Position numbers and translations under genes: made by a program. Positions 20,966 to 34,827 of a stretch of 60,000 bases of DNA are shown here, piece after piece; the first letter of the stretch is position 1; the number at the start of each line of letters is the position of its first letter. Origin of the DNA: Amphiscolops sp. MND2022 (lineage: Eukaryota); contig OZ076409.1 of assembly GCA_964187785.1 (NCBI GenBank), forward strand, positions 76,758,001 to 76,818,000, read 5' to 3'. Under the pieces are notes generated by a model. That model made no database searches and had not been told where the DNA came from. It saw only the letters and a program-made list of their open reading frames with translations.

Positions 20966-21427
20966 GATTACCAGAAAACTCAATACAAGAAAACTCAACA
21001 CAAGAAAACTCAACACAGAAAACTCAACACAAGAAAACTCAACACAGAAAACTCAACACAAGAAAACTCAACACAGAAAACTCAACACAAGAAAACTCAA
21101 CACACGAAAACTCAACACAGAAAACGCAACACATTTTAAGCATTTAATAGTCGGGATATATCTTTCACATGTAAATTCCTTGTTCTTACTGCTCCTATTT
21201 TATGCATTTGACACAATCTTTAGAGGTAAAGGAAATTATACGGCTTTATATGTGTTTGAAATGACTCGCAATTGTCACGAAGTGTAAACAGAAATTAGAC
21301 GGGTTTAACAATTAGTTAGATTTCGGAAATTAAACTCAAATGAGGTGTTAACTAAAATTTAATAAATGTGTTCAAATGTGTTGAGTTTTCTCTGTCAAGT
21401 TTCCTTGTGTCGAATTTTCCGTACCCC
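20966..21427. mobile_element. Foldback/MITE-type element with tandem-repeat TIRs
   Basis: (AGAAAACTCAACACA)n at 20972-21133 mirrored by TGTGTTGAGTTTTC-type units at 21377-21427; flanking direct repeat GTTAAAAC (20958-20965, 21428-21435). Confidence 0.75.
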
Positions 21428-22221
21428 GTTAAAACGCTGGTCTCATGTAATAGAGTATCAAATACAATAGTGTAAGAAAAGAACTGAACCCTTATTTGTA
21501 AAAAATGATTTGGACTGCGTGTAAACAAAGCTAGCATTTTACATGGTGATTTTTTTAAGCTTTTTTACACACGAATTTAAGGGACTGGAAAAACAAATCG
21601 AATGTTTAAGATGATGGGTACAATCGTCTCAATCAGCAGATTCTCCTGATTTTGATTTTTTTCAGTGAAAAATGTAACACCGAAAACATAATCCCCAATC
21701 ATTGCAAAAAATAGCTGTGTCTCACGTATCGTATGAAGATAGTAAAAAAAATGAAATAATAGAAAACCCCTTTCAAAAGCTACATAACACCAATCATCTT
21801 GATGTAAAAGATTTGAATGGCTTCAGTAAATGAAGAAGTACCTGCCAAATAAACAAAAGTTCCAAATTAGGTGCCAAATGTTACAAAATTGTGCAAAATG
21901 ATGTCCCATATGCCAATTCAGTAGTAAATACGATTAATGAAAATTGAAGTTAGAAAGTTTCTTCAATAATAGCAAACCTACATTTCAAGTGCCCAAGAAA
22001 ATTTTAAAATGTTTGTTTATTTGAATGTCAAACAACTTGGATGATAGTTGAAATCAGAGCTGGTTTTGTTTTAGTCCAATTCTTTTTTTACAAATAAATG
22101 TTCAGTTTATTTCTTACACTATTGTACTTTCCGAGCCTCAGTTAGGTAGGGCAATGCTGAAGGTATTTTTATGTCACCGCTAAATAGAGTTCACAAAGAA
22201 AGCCACTGAAAGAAGATTGTT

Positions 22222-23064
22222 CCCAGTGTAAAATATCTTGAAACTCTTGCCAAGATCTTGGATTTTCCGGCAAATTCCCGTTACCTCCTGAAAGCCTTGA
22301 TAAGATCTTGAATTATCTTGGAAAGATAAAAAAATCTTGAAATTCTTCAGAAGAATCTTGGCAAGATTCTTGTCAAGAAATCCGGGAAGTGAAAACTGCA
22401 TTTAGCATTTTATTCATGATAATTCTGTGATAATTTATGCATTTCATCAATTACCAACCAGGAGCGTTTGCATGGAACAAATTTTGTTTATAATAAAATT
22501 TCCAGCTAAAATCCGGAAAAATATCAAATATGAAATCAGGGAAACTTTCCAAAAGTATTTTGGGACCAAATTGTTGAATCAGATTTATAACGTTGTAATA
22601 ATACAAAACAAAGTTTAGTACCAATTGACATATCGTCTCTTTTAGACGCGGAACTGCAGTATACTAACACAGTATACTAATTTCAGTTCCCCAATTCTCT
22701 ATGTAAGTCGTGCTTAACAGCATTACTTTTACCAAAATAAATGAAAAATTGAGGCCTTTGCATGCAATTCCATGATCACCTATTAGTCTCCTTCTTTTTG
22801 CCGCTTATTCCTGGATGTTCCCGGATTTCTTGCCACGATTCTTGGGTTTTCTTGGATTTCTCGAAGATTCTTGGAATTTCTTGGATTTCTTGACAAGATT
22901 CTTGGTTTTTCCTGAGGAGTTTTGTTGTACCAAAAACCCTTTGTGTGGGCTTTCTCAGTCGAACAAATTGGGTATTTTTCTTGAAGTTCTTGTCAAGATT
23001 CTTACCAAGGGTTTCAGGAAATGCTAAGATTCTTGGTAAGAGTTTCAAGATATGTTACACTGGG
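22222..23064. mobile_element. Non-autonomous DNA transposon, CCC...GGG termini, 2-bp TSD (CMC/EnSpm-like)
   Basis: TIR CCCAGTGTAAAATATCTTGAAACTCTT / AAGAGTTTCAAGATATGTTACACTGGG; TT on both sides; subterminal CAAGA(T)TCTTG repeats. Confidence 0.8.
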
Positions 23065-23768
23065 TTAGCAAACAAACTTCATCCGTAGCTGCTAACATAC
23101 AGTGCTGTGATGAAGAAATGAAACATAAGGCTGTGGTAAAGGAATTGCACCCAAACTCGCCAGATCTCAATATTATTGAAAATTTGTGTCCCAAAAGGCA
23201 AAGCGACACCCCCAAAACTTTGGAGGACGTGGAAACATATGCTCTTGAAGAATACCACGCACAAAACTTTTCAGGTCGATAAAAAAATCGGTTGATTCTT
23301 ACTGAAATTAGGCAAGTGGCTGAGACAAGGCTGAGGTTTTCAGCTTCGAAGTTTTACATAGTTTGATAATATTTTTCAAGATTTTATTGAGGTTATCCAA
23401 TTGAAAGTTCTTATTGTACGTGTTTCAGTGTTGTGTTAATGTTGTTGTAGACAAGATTGTTAAGTATACGCAATGTTTTCAAATCAGAATAAAATTACGT
23501 CGTGAATTGTTCGAAACTATCTAATATGGAACTCGTCTGGCTGCAAGTTCAGCGACAAGCTGCTATTAGCAGCGAAAGCCACTGAACACATTCGACACTC
23601 AATATTCAAGATCGCTTGCCAACAGAACAGGTGTGAAAACGCACCAGAAAAGTCTAAAAAGATGACTGATAGCAATAGAAACGGGCTGGATGGCAAAACT
23701 AGACTTCTCAGAAACGAAAAGGGACAATTCACTAACGAACTCCTGCTACCAACGGATTCCGGCAACGA

Positions 23769-25867
23769 CCCGGGTCGACCCTCCATGGATATCTTAGTAG
23801 GATTTTGACAAGATCTTAGCTAAGATCTTGCCAAGAATTGCAAGATGTCATGGTAAGATCTTATCAAGAGAGCCATGTTCCCAAGAAAATTTTTATTGCA
23901 AAATCTTATTTGGTAAGAAAAAAATCTGAAAGGAAGTCAACAACAATCCAAATTTTTGCAGATTTATATTATTAGACATTTAAAATTTCTGTTACCAAGG
24001 TATAAAATTTGATTGAAGACACCTTATGCTACTTATTTAGCATTAAATTGTTCTATCAATTGCAACCAATTGCTGAAACAGGCTGAAAGAAAGACGGACA
24101 AATGAATTTACAAAAAATTCCGGATTTCTTAGTGTCCCAGAAATGAGCTTTCATTTGGTACATTCGCATTTCTCAGTCTTAAACAGATGAGGCGTTATTA
24201 AGATTCTCGACAGAACTTCGCAAGCCAGAATACGTTATCGTAATTTTTCGCACATTTTTGCATGCAAATTTATTTCAGCGGGTTGAAACATTTTGATAAT
24301 GGAAACGAGTAGAAATAGTCGTTGTTGGGTGAAATGAGCCTTTGGGTTGAGTCTCGGCTGCTTGTGCCGAAGGTATAGTGTTTTTTATAATCTTAGAATT
24401 TTGCCCATCGAAACAAGACACGATCTTGGAAAAATGTAGGTCGTGATCTTCATCACTTGATTAGTGGTCCATTTCTTTTAGGAACCCAGAACTTTGACTG
24501 GCCAATGTGTTTTGAATACTGGGAAGAATCCTCTCGTTGATTGCGGAATTTATTGATTCCATGATCTGAGAATTTAAATCGCTTTTCAATTTATCCATTC
24601 TTTTAGAGACTTCTGCGTTCACCAATCTCACTGTTTCTAAAGCGTTGACAATCTTTTCTCCGCTATTTGAATTTAATAGTGATCTGAAATCTTCACTATT
24701 TTGAACTACGTCTTGTCTAGGTCTGTCGGACCCGTAGCCACTTCATCATTTCTATCTCCTGAATTACTTTCTAACTCATTTCTTGAGTATGATCCTAACA
24801 TCACGTCTGCGAAACGCGTCTTTCCATCACGTCTTTCCAAATCTGACATTAGGTCCGCTTGTCTAGAGCGTCTTTCTTTTGTTTTTTCCTTTCTGGTTGA
24901 AGGCATAAGGAAAATCTTTGCCCAGTGAATGGTAAACTGATGAGCTTGTATTTGCTAACAAAAGGTAAGTGTAAATTGTATATTGGTCAAAGTACGTTTC
25001 ACGCAAGAAAGAACTCAAATTTGAATAATCACGGTAGCTTCAATGAGAGATTTATCAGTTGTGTGTTCTCTGAAGCCTGAGTCCCACTCATTTATAGTTT
25101 GAGCACCGTGACAATCAAAATGTTGGTGGTAATGCCTTTAAATATAGTTATTGGTCTGGGCATATAGCCCTCGAGATTAAACGTCATTCTCACATCACGA
25201 TAAAAATAGCAACACTTCATGATCTAACTCTAAAATTAGACTAAGGAGGGGCAAGGCGGCACGAATTCTAAGTCTGAAGCATCATAACTTACATTTGGAA
25301 TTATATTTAGTTACATGCGCACTGAATAATGTAAATATTACATGTACTTCATATTAAGGACCAGCGGCCCCAATAACTAATGGCATTGAAGAGAATCAGC
25401 ACATAAATAGCACAAGTGAATGGAGGATTACTAAGCTCTGATTGGTTGAAGTAGGAAACAGTAGGAAACCATTTTAACAGTAGGTCGCATTTAAACAAAC
25501 GGACCAGTGGTCCTTAAGTTTATAGAAGTGTATAAGTATTCAGTTTCTAACAGCCAAGAGCTCATAAAAGTTGGACCAACCGTCCACGTAGCCTATAGCG
25601 GCAAAACTGGAGGCACTGTGGAGCTAGAGTTATCGTTAGCTGTCACATGATAAAAGTTTCCATCACAGGCGGACGCCTGTGACAATGTATTATCTTAGTA
25701 AGATCTTTTTAGGAATTTTGCCATGGGATCCATGGTCGCCAAGATGTTCCATGGTATTATCTTAGTAAGATCTTTTTAGGAATTTTGCCATGGGATCCAT
25801 GGTCGCCAAAGAATTTGGTAAGATCTTTCCAAGATAGCCAAGATGCTAGAAAGAGGGTCAACCCGGG
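23769..25867. mobile_element. Non-autonomous DNA transposon, CCC...GGG termini, 2-bp TSD GA, with internal inserted fragment
   Basis: TIR CCCGGGTCGACCCTC / GAGGGTCAACCCGGG; GA on both sides; AAGATCTT subrepeats; ~56-bp duplication at 25688-25810. Confidence 0.75.
24400..24906 (-). pseudogene. Degenerate basic-N-terminus/coiled-coil ORF of a repeat family (probably retroelement-associated)
   Basis: MPSTRKEKTKERRSRQADLMSDLE... continues with frameshifts. ORFs of similar style occur at 34371-34827 (-) and 56965-57290 (+). Confidence 0.35.
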
Positions 25868-28619
25868 GAGCAGGGAAACAAACACAGCCCAGTCAGCCAT
25901 GGCTAATCCGACTACTACAAAAAAGTGACAGAAAACTAGTCCGAAAGACGAATTGAAGTGACATACATCTGGTGAAAAAATAGAAAAGTTAACCCCCAAC
26001 TAATTTTTAGAGAAAAATTCAAACAACTATTTCACTGGTCCAAACTCTTACCGTACGTAAAACAATCCGAGAAATCAGATATATCGCTTTCGGAACCAGC
26101 AATAAAAGACAAAATTTTTCCTTGTTACTGCAAAAACTAATGCGAACGACCAAACCAATAAAAACAGGCTGCAAAACAAAATCGGCTGAAAAACAACAAA
26201 AACTTCAGATGTAGAAACTACACACCGGGGGAATGTCATGTCACCTCCTAATAGAGTCCAAAGACATGGCCACTAGTGACAATTTGTTGACAGACAAACT
26301 TTATCCGAAGCAGCTATCATAATAGTTTCAGAGTTGTGTTCATAATTTTTTGCAAATCATTGTTTGCTATACGCATTTTCCAGGCCAGAAAGACCAAAAT
26401 TTCCGAGTCTTTGAAAATAAATAAATAATGCGAATCTCGTTCGGCATCAGATTCAGGAAAAGGCTGCAATTAACAGTAAATGGCACTGAGCACATCGTGC
26501 AAAGGGATGAAAACCAAATTCTGCACCATGAAGTAATATCCAACCCCGTCATTTCTCAGAAGTCAGGCTCAGAGCCAAAGAAAAAGGGTAATGATGCCAA
26601 GCAAGCGAGACACACTCATGCCAACAGCTCCTTCGCCCATGAAACTGACGGAAAAAAACGCACAAGGAGTGTCCAACACCATGCATGACAGCAGCAGCGA
26701 TCGGGTCGTCGGGCAAAACCGTTGTTTTCTTCTGTTGGAGGCAATCTGTGAAATACTTGGCTGATAATGATAATGAATGAAATTTGTTAAAAGATTTTCT
26801 ATCTTCAAGGTGAATTTTTGAAAAAAGGAGAGCGTTTTGAAATTCCGGAAAGTTTTTTTTTTACTTTTTGTTGTAAATATTCAGTGTTTGCTGTAATTAA
26901 GTGAATTGTATTGGTATAAGGAACTCATTTATGGAAAAACTTCAACTTTTTTGTTTGATATTTGTTCAAGGTGTCGAGAATAAGTTCAGGAGTAGATTTT
27001 GTATGGACTATAAGTAATACCCAAAGAAATACCCAAATTACATGAACCGTGATTATTTTTTTCCGCTGATTATCAAAATTTCTATGCAATCGTCCTTTGA
27101 TATCAATTCAGCACATGACTCAATATGAAATCAAATCTAAGTTCCGAGTATTACCAAGTAAATATTGCCAAAAGATACCCTTTTGAATAATTTAAATCTG
27201 TTCTTGTCAGGAGAAACTTCGAGCTATTTTAAGCTAGCTCAGATCGATGAATTCAATTTTAGTTTGAACCTTTCTTCTTCATCGGATCTCCATTTGTCAT
27301 TGCTGTCAATTTATTTTTAAACTAACTCATCAATAACGCAATCTAATTTTCCATTCTTGTCTTTTTCGTATCAATGCTATACAAAGACGTTGGTTTGTCA
27401 ATACTGTTCCATATTTGATGACAAAAGTCATGAACAACTTGTTTCACAGCGGTTATCGAAAAATCCTCAAGCGAAGTTCCTGAGTTTCTGCTGACCCACA
27501 AAACTACTATCAAAAATTGTATTTGTCAAAAAATTGTTTGAAATTAACTTTCCGAAACAATACAAATAACCCGTTTTGAAGAAAAGAACAACCTTAATGT
27601 GTTAATTAATTAGGAAAACAATTGTAATTCGATAATTATCGTATTTCAATTGTTTTTTTGTTTTCTTGAACTTGGCTCATGATCCAGTTGAAAAAAGTTA
27701 TAAAAGAAGCTATAGTACATTTTCATGAAAGGCTGCATAAAAATAAAATGACTGTCTAAATATTTGAAGAATACAATTAAATTTTAAATTTGGAGGCTGA
27801 ACTACTTTAATGATTGACTTTATTCTATTTATTTGATTTTAAATCAATAATATCAATCCAACAATTTAAAGCCGAATTAGTTAATTTCAGTTTCTCTTTT
27901 CAGTGGATTCCAGCAAATGGAAGTTATTTTCATTGATAATTTCTACTGAAGGAAGTCATTCAAAGTTTTTGATTTGGAGATTTAGATGTCCGCATTTGCT
28001 GATAAATGCCATTCGGGAATTAATGTAGTATGAGGATAACTAGAGTAAACTCAGTTCTTGTAAAATTAATGCTAAACTCTGTTTCTGATACAAGACGGAA
28101 GACAATACTATTATTCAAGAAAGACCATATGGCGATTGATGTGACCTCTAATTTAGTGGTCAATGCTTTTACAGCTATTTACTATAACATAATTGTCAAT
28201 AATAATTTCACTAGCGTAGAGCCACTGTTTTTAACTATCACTCAAATATCAATGTTAAATTTTAACTGTTTTCGCTGACTTTCTTTTGTTGAGCCCTGTC
28301 ACACTCCCCCTTTGATACTTGGCGTGCCCTTCTTCTGATGCATGGTAACATAAACACTTGTTGGCAGTTGCTTGAATTCTTTAGCTGTCCTCGGTTGATG
28401 AAGTCACGAGGATATCAGGTTGTTCTATTACACAAGAGGTTGCCGGATTAACAAAGAAGTGAGGTGCTTACTGTTCTCTTTTTAGTCTGTCGGAAGTCAC
28501 GCTTGCTTGATCACTTTCTTCTGAGTTTGGCTGATTTTTCGGTGTTGCTTCTCTTTTTCCCACGATACCGTTGCTTGTATTTTTCTTTTTGTTGTTTCAT
28601 CGCCATTCTTCCCTTTGGG

Positions 28620-29319
28620 TGTTAAATATTGTACTGCAATATATTGTGACTCTACAATTAATAATTGCAGTTATTTTATTTCTAAAAGCAGTTAGTTTTC
28701 AGACAAATAATTTATTGTATAGAAAAAACAATAAAAATAATTCCTTTTGGTTCTTAAACATTTTTTCACCAGACAATTCTTTCCATTAATTGCGATTCCC
28801 AATCAAAAAAATCTGTGATTCAAAGTTCACTGGAGTCACCGATTTACGATAGTCCGTTAACACAAATCCCGCACGACTAAAAAGCCGTTCAGCAATATTG
28901 GATGTCGAGGTAATCCATCCAAGTTCTAATAACCCTGGGTCACACTTTCGTCGTGATTACTATATCCTTTGCTCCTGCTCACTCACGGCTGAACTATGTA
29001 AAAACCACCGCTGTTACACAAAACTTGCATCCTATTGGTAATTTTGGGCGGCAAGTTTGACGTTGCTTGCATGCTTGCTCGCTTGCCTACATGCTTGCTT
29101 GCTCGCCTGCATGCTTGCCCAATTTGGTGCTAAATGACAGTCAGTGCAGTGCCTAAAGATTTAGAGAATGAGTTATTCCACTCCACAACTATTAGGCATT
29201 GGAAACAACTAATTGTTATCAAAAACAATTATTGTTTCATAAAGTTCTGGAACAACCAATAATTTAATTTATCTTGTTGCAATTAATTGGGTATACAATA
29301 AGTTTTTTTACCACCCCTG
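28620..29319 (-). mobile_element. hAT-like transposon remnant nested in the old gypsy element
   Basis: Minus-strand translation of ~28925-28780 gives WITSTSNIAERL(fs)SRAGFVLTDYRKSVTPVNFESQIFL..NR, resembling the hAT C-terminal dimerisation domain. CAGGGGTGG terminus at 29319; left boundary uncertain. Confidence 0.5.
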
Positions 29320-32300
29320 ATTCTTCCTCCTCTTCTTCGCCGTTTGTGTTGCGAGTTGTTGCTAGTTTTTGGGTCTTAGAAAGTCTCATGGTACCGTTCT
29401 ATTTGGTTTTCGTTTTGGTTCGGCTGTTTTGTTTGGTTTGACCTACTTTGCTTTTCTGGTAGTTGGCATCATGTTGTCTTTTTTATTCTGCGTTGATTTT
29501 GCCACATCACGTTTGCTATATGTTGTGGGAGTTGTTCTTCTGTTTTCGCTCAGCGTTAATGTGTGGTCCGACTTGTCGAGCCATTTTCTTCTTTTCTTCT
29601 TGTTTAGGCCTTCCAATTTAATTTTCCGTGCTCTTTCCCGTACTAGAATCTCTGAATACTGCTCTGGTGGAAAGGCTGACCTTTCCAGCTTGAATTCTTG
29701 GTCGTTATTTGAAACATTTTAGCGTTTTCGTGATTCAGTAGTTGTAATACATTTTACCGTAGATAATTTTTGATTGATTTGTAGTTCTGCCGGAGAAAGT
29801 TCATTCATTGCTCGGAGTTCTAAGTGCGTACAGTAACTGTGATAGTCTTGTCACTCAAACCTTATTCCATGATTCTTCTTTCAATTGCACTTAGTCTTTC
29901 ATTTAACGAACTTACTAGACACTCCACTTTTCCATTTCCACTGTGTTCTGGATTGGACACTACATGTTTTAACAAATATTAACTCAAAAACTTTTTTGTT
30001 TTCACCAGTGATTGCTGTACAGAGTTCTACTCGACTTTGCGTCAGTATTCTGCTGTCCGCTGTAAATCGCTGGAAAACATCGATTACGTCACTCGTGGTT
30101 GGTGCTCTTAAGAACTTGGCATCATGCCATCAAGTTTTACTGCCTGATCATTGAGCTTCAATCCGTTTTATCGATTGCGTTTTCATTGTCTGTTGCTTCT
30201 GGTTTTGCGATTTTTGAACAATTGTGTTTGAGTTTCATCGGTTTATTCGACTTACCGGCTTTCTGGCATTCTCGGCGACTTTCGTAAGAAAAGGTATGTC
30301 TCGGTGTGTTTTGCCACCATATACCGCTATTCTGAGGTAGCATTTGATCCCTTCCAGGATGGCCTCAATGTCATGAGTTTTATTTGGTCTTTGTAATTTT
30401 TTGAGATCACGAGCCGTTCATCCAAATGTATCGAATTATTCTCATCTAGAGATATAAATCTCTATTCCCATGGTCATTCGTGAATCGTTTTCCCCCTTTG
30501 TTGGATTTTTCTACAAATTGATGTTTTTTTGCAAAAATTCATCATCCAAATAGCTTGCGGCTACGAAGATTTCCACAATTCGATTGACTATTATTGATTC
30601 AGGTCTATATGTATCTGAACTTGAAGGCGGAAAAGGAATGGCGACTTTGAAGTACCTGTCAGTTTGCTTTTTGAGTTCGCTTGACTCATTTCAGTGTGAA
30701 CTGTGATCACGCGTTGATATGCTTTTTGACCTAATGTAGGCAAATGTGTGCTTTAACTACTTTTGTCGTTTCTGTTTAGTTTGACCTACCACCGTCTTCT
30801 GATTGGTCCACTGAATTCAGCTGCTAATTCGCTCTTCACGTAATTTACACGATTCACTGTGATTCGTGTATTCTATGATTCCGTTGCGTTTATACTCTCT
30901 TTCTATAGGTGATGGGTGCCTCGGTAAGTAGTCCAATTAACTAACCGTTCTTCTGGGTGCATGGAAAATTTCAAAATCAAACAGAAGTAGTCTGTCTGCA
31001 CAACGCGTTAATCTAAACGAGTATCTTTCATTATTTTTTATTCTCTTATACTGTTGCAAATTTTTTGTGGTCCGAGACTATCTGAAATTTTGTCCCACAT
31101 AAGTGATATGTAATTTGTTCATCCAAACGACTGTAAGTAGTTCCGATTCTTTTATCGAGTACTTTCCGTCCAGCGGTGTAAGGAATCTCGATGCAAAATT
31201 TACAGGTCACCAGCATGTTTCGACGTGTTGTTGCAGTACCGTCTCTGTCCTGACTTACTTGCATCGCATATAATTCGGATGTCACAACTTCGTTTAAAAT
31301 GCCCCAAATCTGTGATTTTTTCCCTCGTTCATTGTTTGTTTGGAACGCTTTGCTTTATTGTCTTCCCACTTCCACGGTCAGTCCATTTTTAACAAAGGTC
31401 TGAAATGGGGGTATATTTGAGTCAAGTTCATTATGAATCTATTCATTTGAATTACGGCCCCCAAACACCATCTTAATACCTTCAAATTCTTTGGCGTTCT
31501 TTTTTTCGTTGTGGTTTGTACTTTGAATCTATTGAATTTATCCGGGGTTGGGAGTGTTTGTACCCGAGTCATTGAACTTAACTTGTTGCAAACGTTCTTT
31601 TTTAACATTTCAGCTTTTTGTTTATTTTGAAGCTTTCGAGCATCTGTTTCACAGCTTTGAAAGATTTTCTTGTGACCGGCTTGTCATAATTAATATTTTG
31701 ACTATAAACACGTATGTTTGGATTTTCCGCTAACTCTTGATCTTTGGATTTAGAATTACGTCGGCGTAATGATCAATCCAAAAACACCGTTTGGATTGTA
31801 TATGTTCCGATGGCTTTCCCACCTTTTGTTTGAGAGTTACAATGCTTACCTGTATGTTTGTTCAATGATATCTGGCCATATGCGTAACGCGTATCTAATG
31901 ACGTATACAGTGCTTGACCTCCTTTGATATCTATTTGTTCAGCCACCACTCCAATCAAATGTTCTAAATTCGGAGTTTGGTATTTGTCTTTCACTGTTTC
32001 ATTATTGGATGGACGCGCGTCTAGTGCTGAATTCACGCTATTGTCCTTCTTCACACTGATAACAACTGGTTGAATGAATTATTTATCTGTTACTTCGTAC
32101 ACTAGTTCGGTGTGCTCTTCGCCTAATAATCAATACATCTCCCCTTGTATTGCCTCTAGCAGTTGCGTTGTTTGTGTTATTATAGCGTTTTGTGTAAATT
32201 CATTTTTAACCTTAAGGCCAGCTCTGTTTTTCCTTGTTATCGTTATTATTTAGTTCTTCAAAATTGTCCACTTCACATTGTTAATTACATTGTTTGGTTT

Positions 32301-32919
32301 GCCGCTTTGTTTAATTATTCAGTAAATGACGTGATTACCTTCTTTCTGGTTGGGCGAGATGAATTTGTAGTTGAAGGCATCGAGTCAGTCCGCCTAATGA
32401 CGTTGCTCCTGTTTCTGCGATGAGAATTCTTGCCTTCTGCAGTGTGCTGTCTCCCGCTTCTAATTGGCAAAACACGTACCTCAGTAAGTCTTTGTTCCGT
32501 TTCTTGAAGTCAACGTATTTTAAATCTCCGAGCAGTTGTCGAATGTACAATGGTTTTCATTTCACGAATCGTTTCATTTCATCATTTTCATATATCGTAT
32601 TTGGCGACCCTGAGTCGACCATGGTTTTGAAGGAGTTCCCACTTATTTTCCAGTCAGAGGTAAAGGTTCAATCTAGTCTACTGCAGATTCAGTGCTACAC
32701 ACCTCCATTCAGCTTTTCGTTGAAATCGTGGGGCTGGTGGTTTTATTATTTTCCGCTCACACAAATCCGGGAGGGAAATCTTGATCTGTGTCGCGTTTTT
32801 TTTCAAAATTCAGCTATAACTCCACTTCATCTGCACTCCACTTAGTTACTTGACTATTGTTTAGTTACCTGACTATTTTATTAGTAAGTATACTACTAGT
32901 TACTATAATATTCAAAGAA

Positions 32920-32990
32920 TTAAAATAGCGCAGTTGGTAGTGCGCGTGCCTGCTAGGCAAGAGGTCATGGGTTCGAACCCAGCCTGAAGC
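32920..32990 (+). repeat. tRNA-derived sequence (SINE head or tRNA pseudogene) inserted in the old gypsy element
   Basis: A-box TAGCGCAGTTGG, B-box GGTTCGAACCC, anticodon-like arm CCTGCTAGG; the acceptor stem does not pair. Confidence 0.6.
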
Positions 32991-34169
32991 GTTTTATTTT
33001 TAGCGAAAAGTATTCCGGTGCTTAGCTGTCGTCTTGTTACTTTTCTACTCTTTGCATTAATTCCGACTCCCCTTGGTCAACAGCATTTTGCCAAATGCTT
33101 TTTGTCTCCACATTTCATGCATGTTACTCTGATAGCTATACTTCTTTTTAAACGCTGTGGGTTGAGAATTGCTTCACATCTGATACAAATTTTGCTTGAT
33201 CACCATAGTTTGTTTTTCAAAATTATTGTTATTCACTTTACGTAGTTTTGCCTTTGAAATTAGTTAGGTTTGTCCACTTTGTCGTATGATTGCTGTCCGA
33301 TTGCTCCTTCCTCGTAAAAGATAGCAAACTGAAAAATTTCATCTACTGTGTATTTTGGCTCAGAACATAATTCTTGCTGAACTTCTTTGTTTGACATGTT
33401 CACAATGTCCTTCACCACACTTCGTGTAACTCCTCCAAAGTCATGTTTTGCCGCCATGCGTTCAAAAATTTACGCAATCTTTGACTTTCTCTTTTCGGCT
33501 CAAAAACTTAAGCCCATCTAATGTCTTGTACTTTTGTTTTTCGAAGCAGTTCTTGCAAGTCTTCATCGGATCTGGTACACCGATTCTTCCGTTGTTTACC
33601 GTGGGAAATTTATCAGCAATTACATTTCTTGCCACAATTCCCAAAGCCAAGTACTAATCTACAAAAATTGCCTTCTTTGTTGCTGTAGCTTCCTCGATGT
33701 CCCTCCGTGAGACATTCTTCTTTCGTGTCTGTAGTTTTTGTCAGCTCTGTGACCGATATACTGTTGTGGCCATTTATGCTACTTCAATTATATCTGTTCA
33801 CTTCTTCCATCCTAACTGTTAAGCTTTTCCAGCATTAGCCCAATAAATCGGTAATCGAGCTATTAACCTGGGCTGGTTCTTCAGCCGTTTCCACTCGCAG
33901 CGCCATGCAATAATATAAGGATTACTTGTGTAATCTCTGTTCAGACACAAGACTGAAGACAATACTATATTTCAAGGAAGACCAAAAGGTGACTGATGTG
34001 AATTCTATATTAGTGGTCAAAACCTTCAGAGGTATTTTTTAGTAAATATATGTAAATGAGTGATTCATTAGCGTAGGGATAATTTTGTTAGCTGTTACTC
34101 GAATGGTAATGGTAAATTTAGGTTGTTTCTCTCTTTTGTTGAGCTCAACCACAAGCATTTTACCGAAGT

Positions 34170-34827
34170 AAAACGTTCATAACTAAGAAGGTTGAGAAAC
34201 TGACTTTCCTGACACTCGTCAAACCATTTCACATAATCTTCCTGATTTTTTGACCTCACTCATTGTGATAATCCTCCTCTATGTCAGACTCTTCGTCTGA
34301 ATCTATAGTTACATCTACGTCAGATCTGGTCTGGATTAGTGGTTTCGCAGGATGTTTTAGGTCCTTCATTTTAGATGCTCTGAGAGGATTCGTTTTCAAA
34401 ATCTGAGTTTTCGTTATTAGATGCGTAAACTCCTATAGACTGGGCTGTTTTGGATCCCGAAGGTTGCAAATCTTGTATTTCGTTGAAATCTGACCTTGGG
34501 TTTGTCATTGTAGATGCAGTTTTATTTGATTTAACTTCTCTCAAAATTTCTTCAAGTTTACTATCCATTTCTTCTCTCATTTTCTCGATTTTGCTATCAT
34601 TCTTTTGTTCCATTATTTGGGTATACTTGTATTTCACTGTTGAGTAAACTGGGTTCAGTTAATTGATTTAAAGAGCTGTTTTCACCTAAACCTTCTTGAA
34701 CATTAACATTAGAATTAGTTAAAGTCTCATTACCCGGATTAGGTGTTTCTACCTGTGTTTCGTTCAATTCCCTGTCCGGAGATTGTGATGCCAGTCTCCT
34801 GGACCTTCTGTTTCTCTTATTTCCCAT
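34170..34827 (-). pseudogene. Degenerate basic/coiled-coil ORF of a repeat family
   Basis: MGNKRNRRSRRLASQSPDRE... joined by a frameshift to EQKNDSKIEKMREEMDSKLEEILREVK. Confidence 0.4.

Larger units (their letters stand above)
28024..34153 (-). mobile_element. Old degenerate Ty3/gypsy LTR retrotransposon
   Basis: Diverged LTR pair 28024-28303 and 33906-34153; PBS TGGCGCTGCGAG (minus strand, from 33905); PPT AAAGGGGGAG (28304-28313); RT remnant ALDAR...KDKYQTPN...YTSLD.RYAYGQI; RH remnant FQIVSDHK; IN zinc-finger remnant WW...CQKAGK. No TSD seen. Confidence 0.85.

Noticed and set aside
22776..23048. ORFs on both strands in AAGATCTT-rich regions (also 58970-59251)
   Set aside because: They derive from subterminal repeats of non-autonomous transposons.
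32920..32990. Functional tRNA gene
   Set aside because: A and B boxes are present but the acceptor stem does not pair and it sits inside a decayed retrotransposon.
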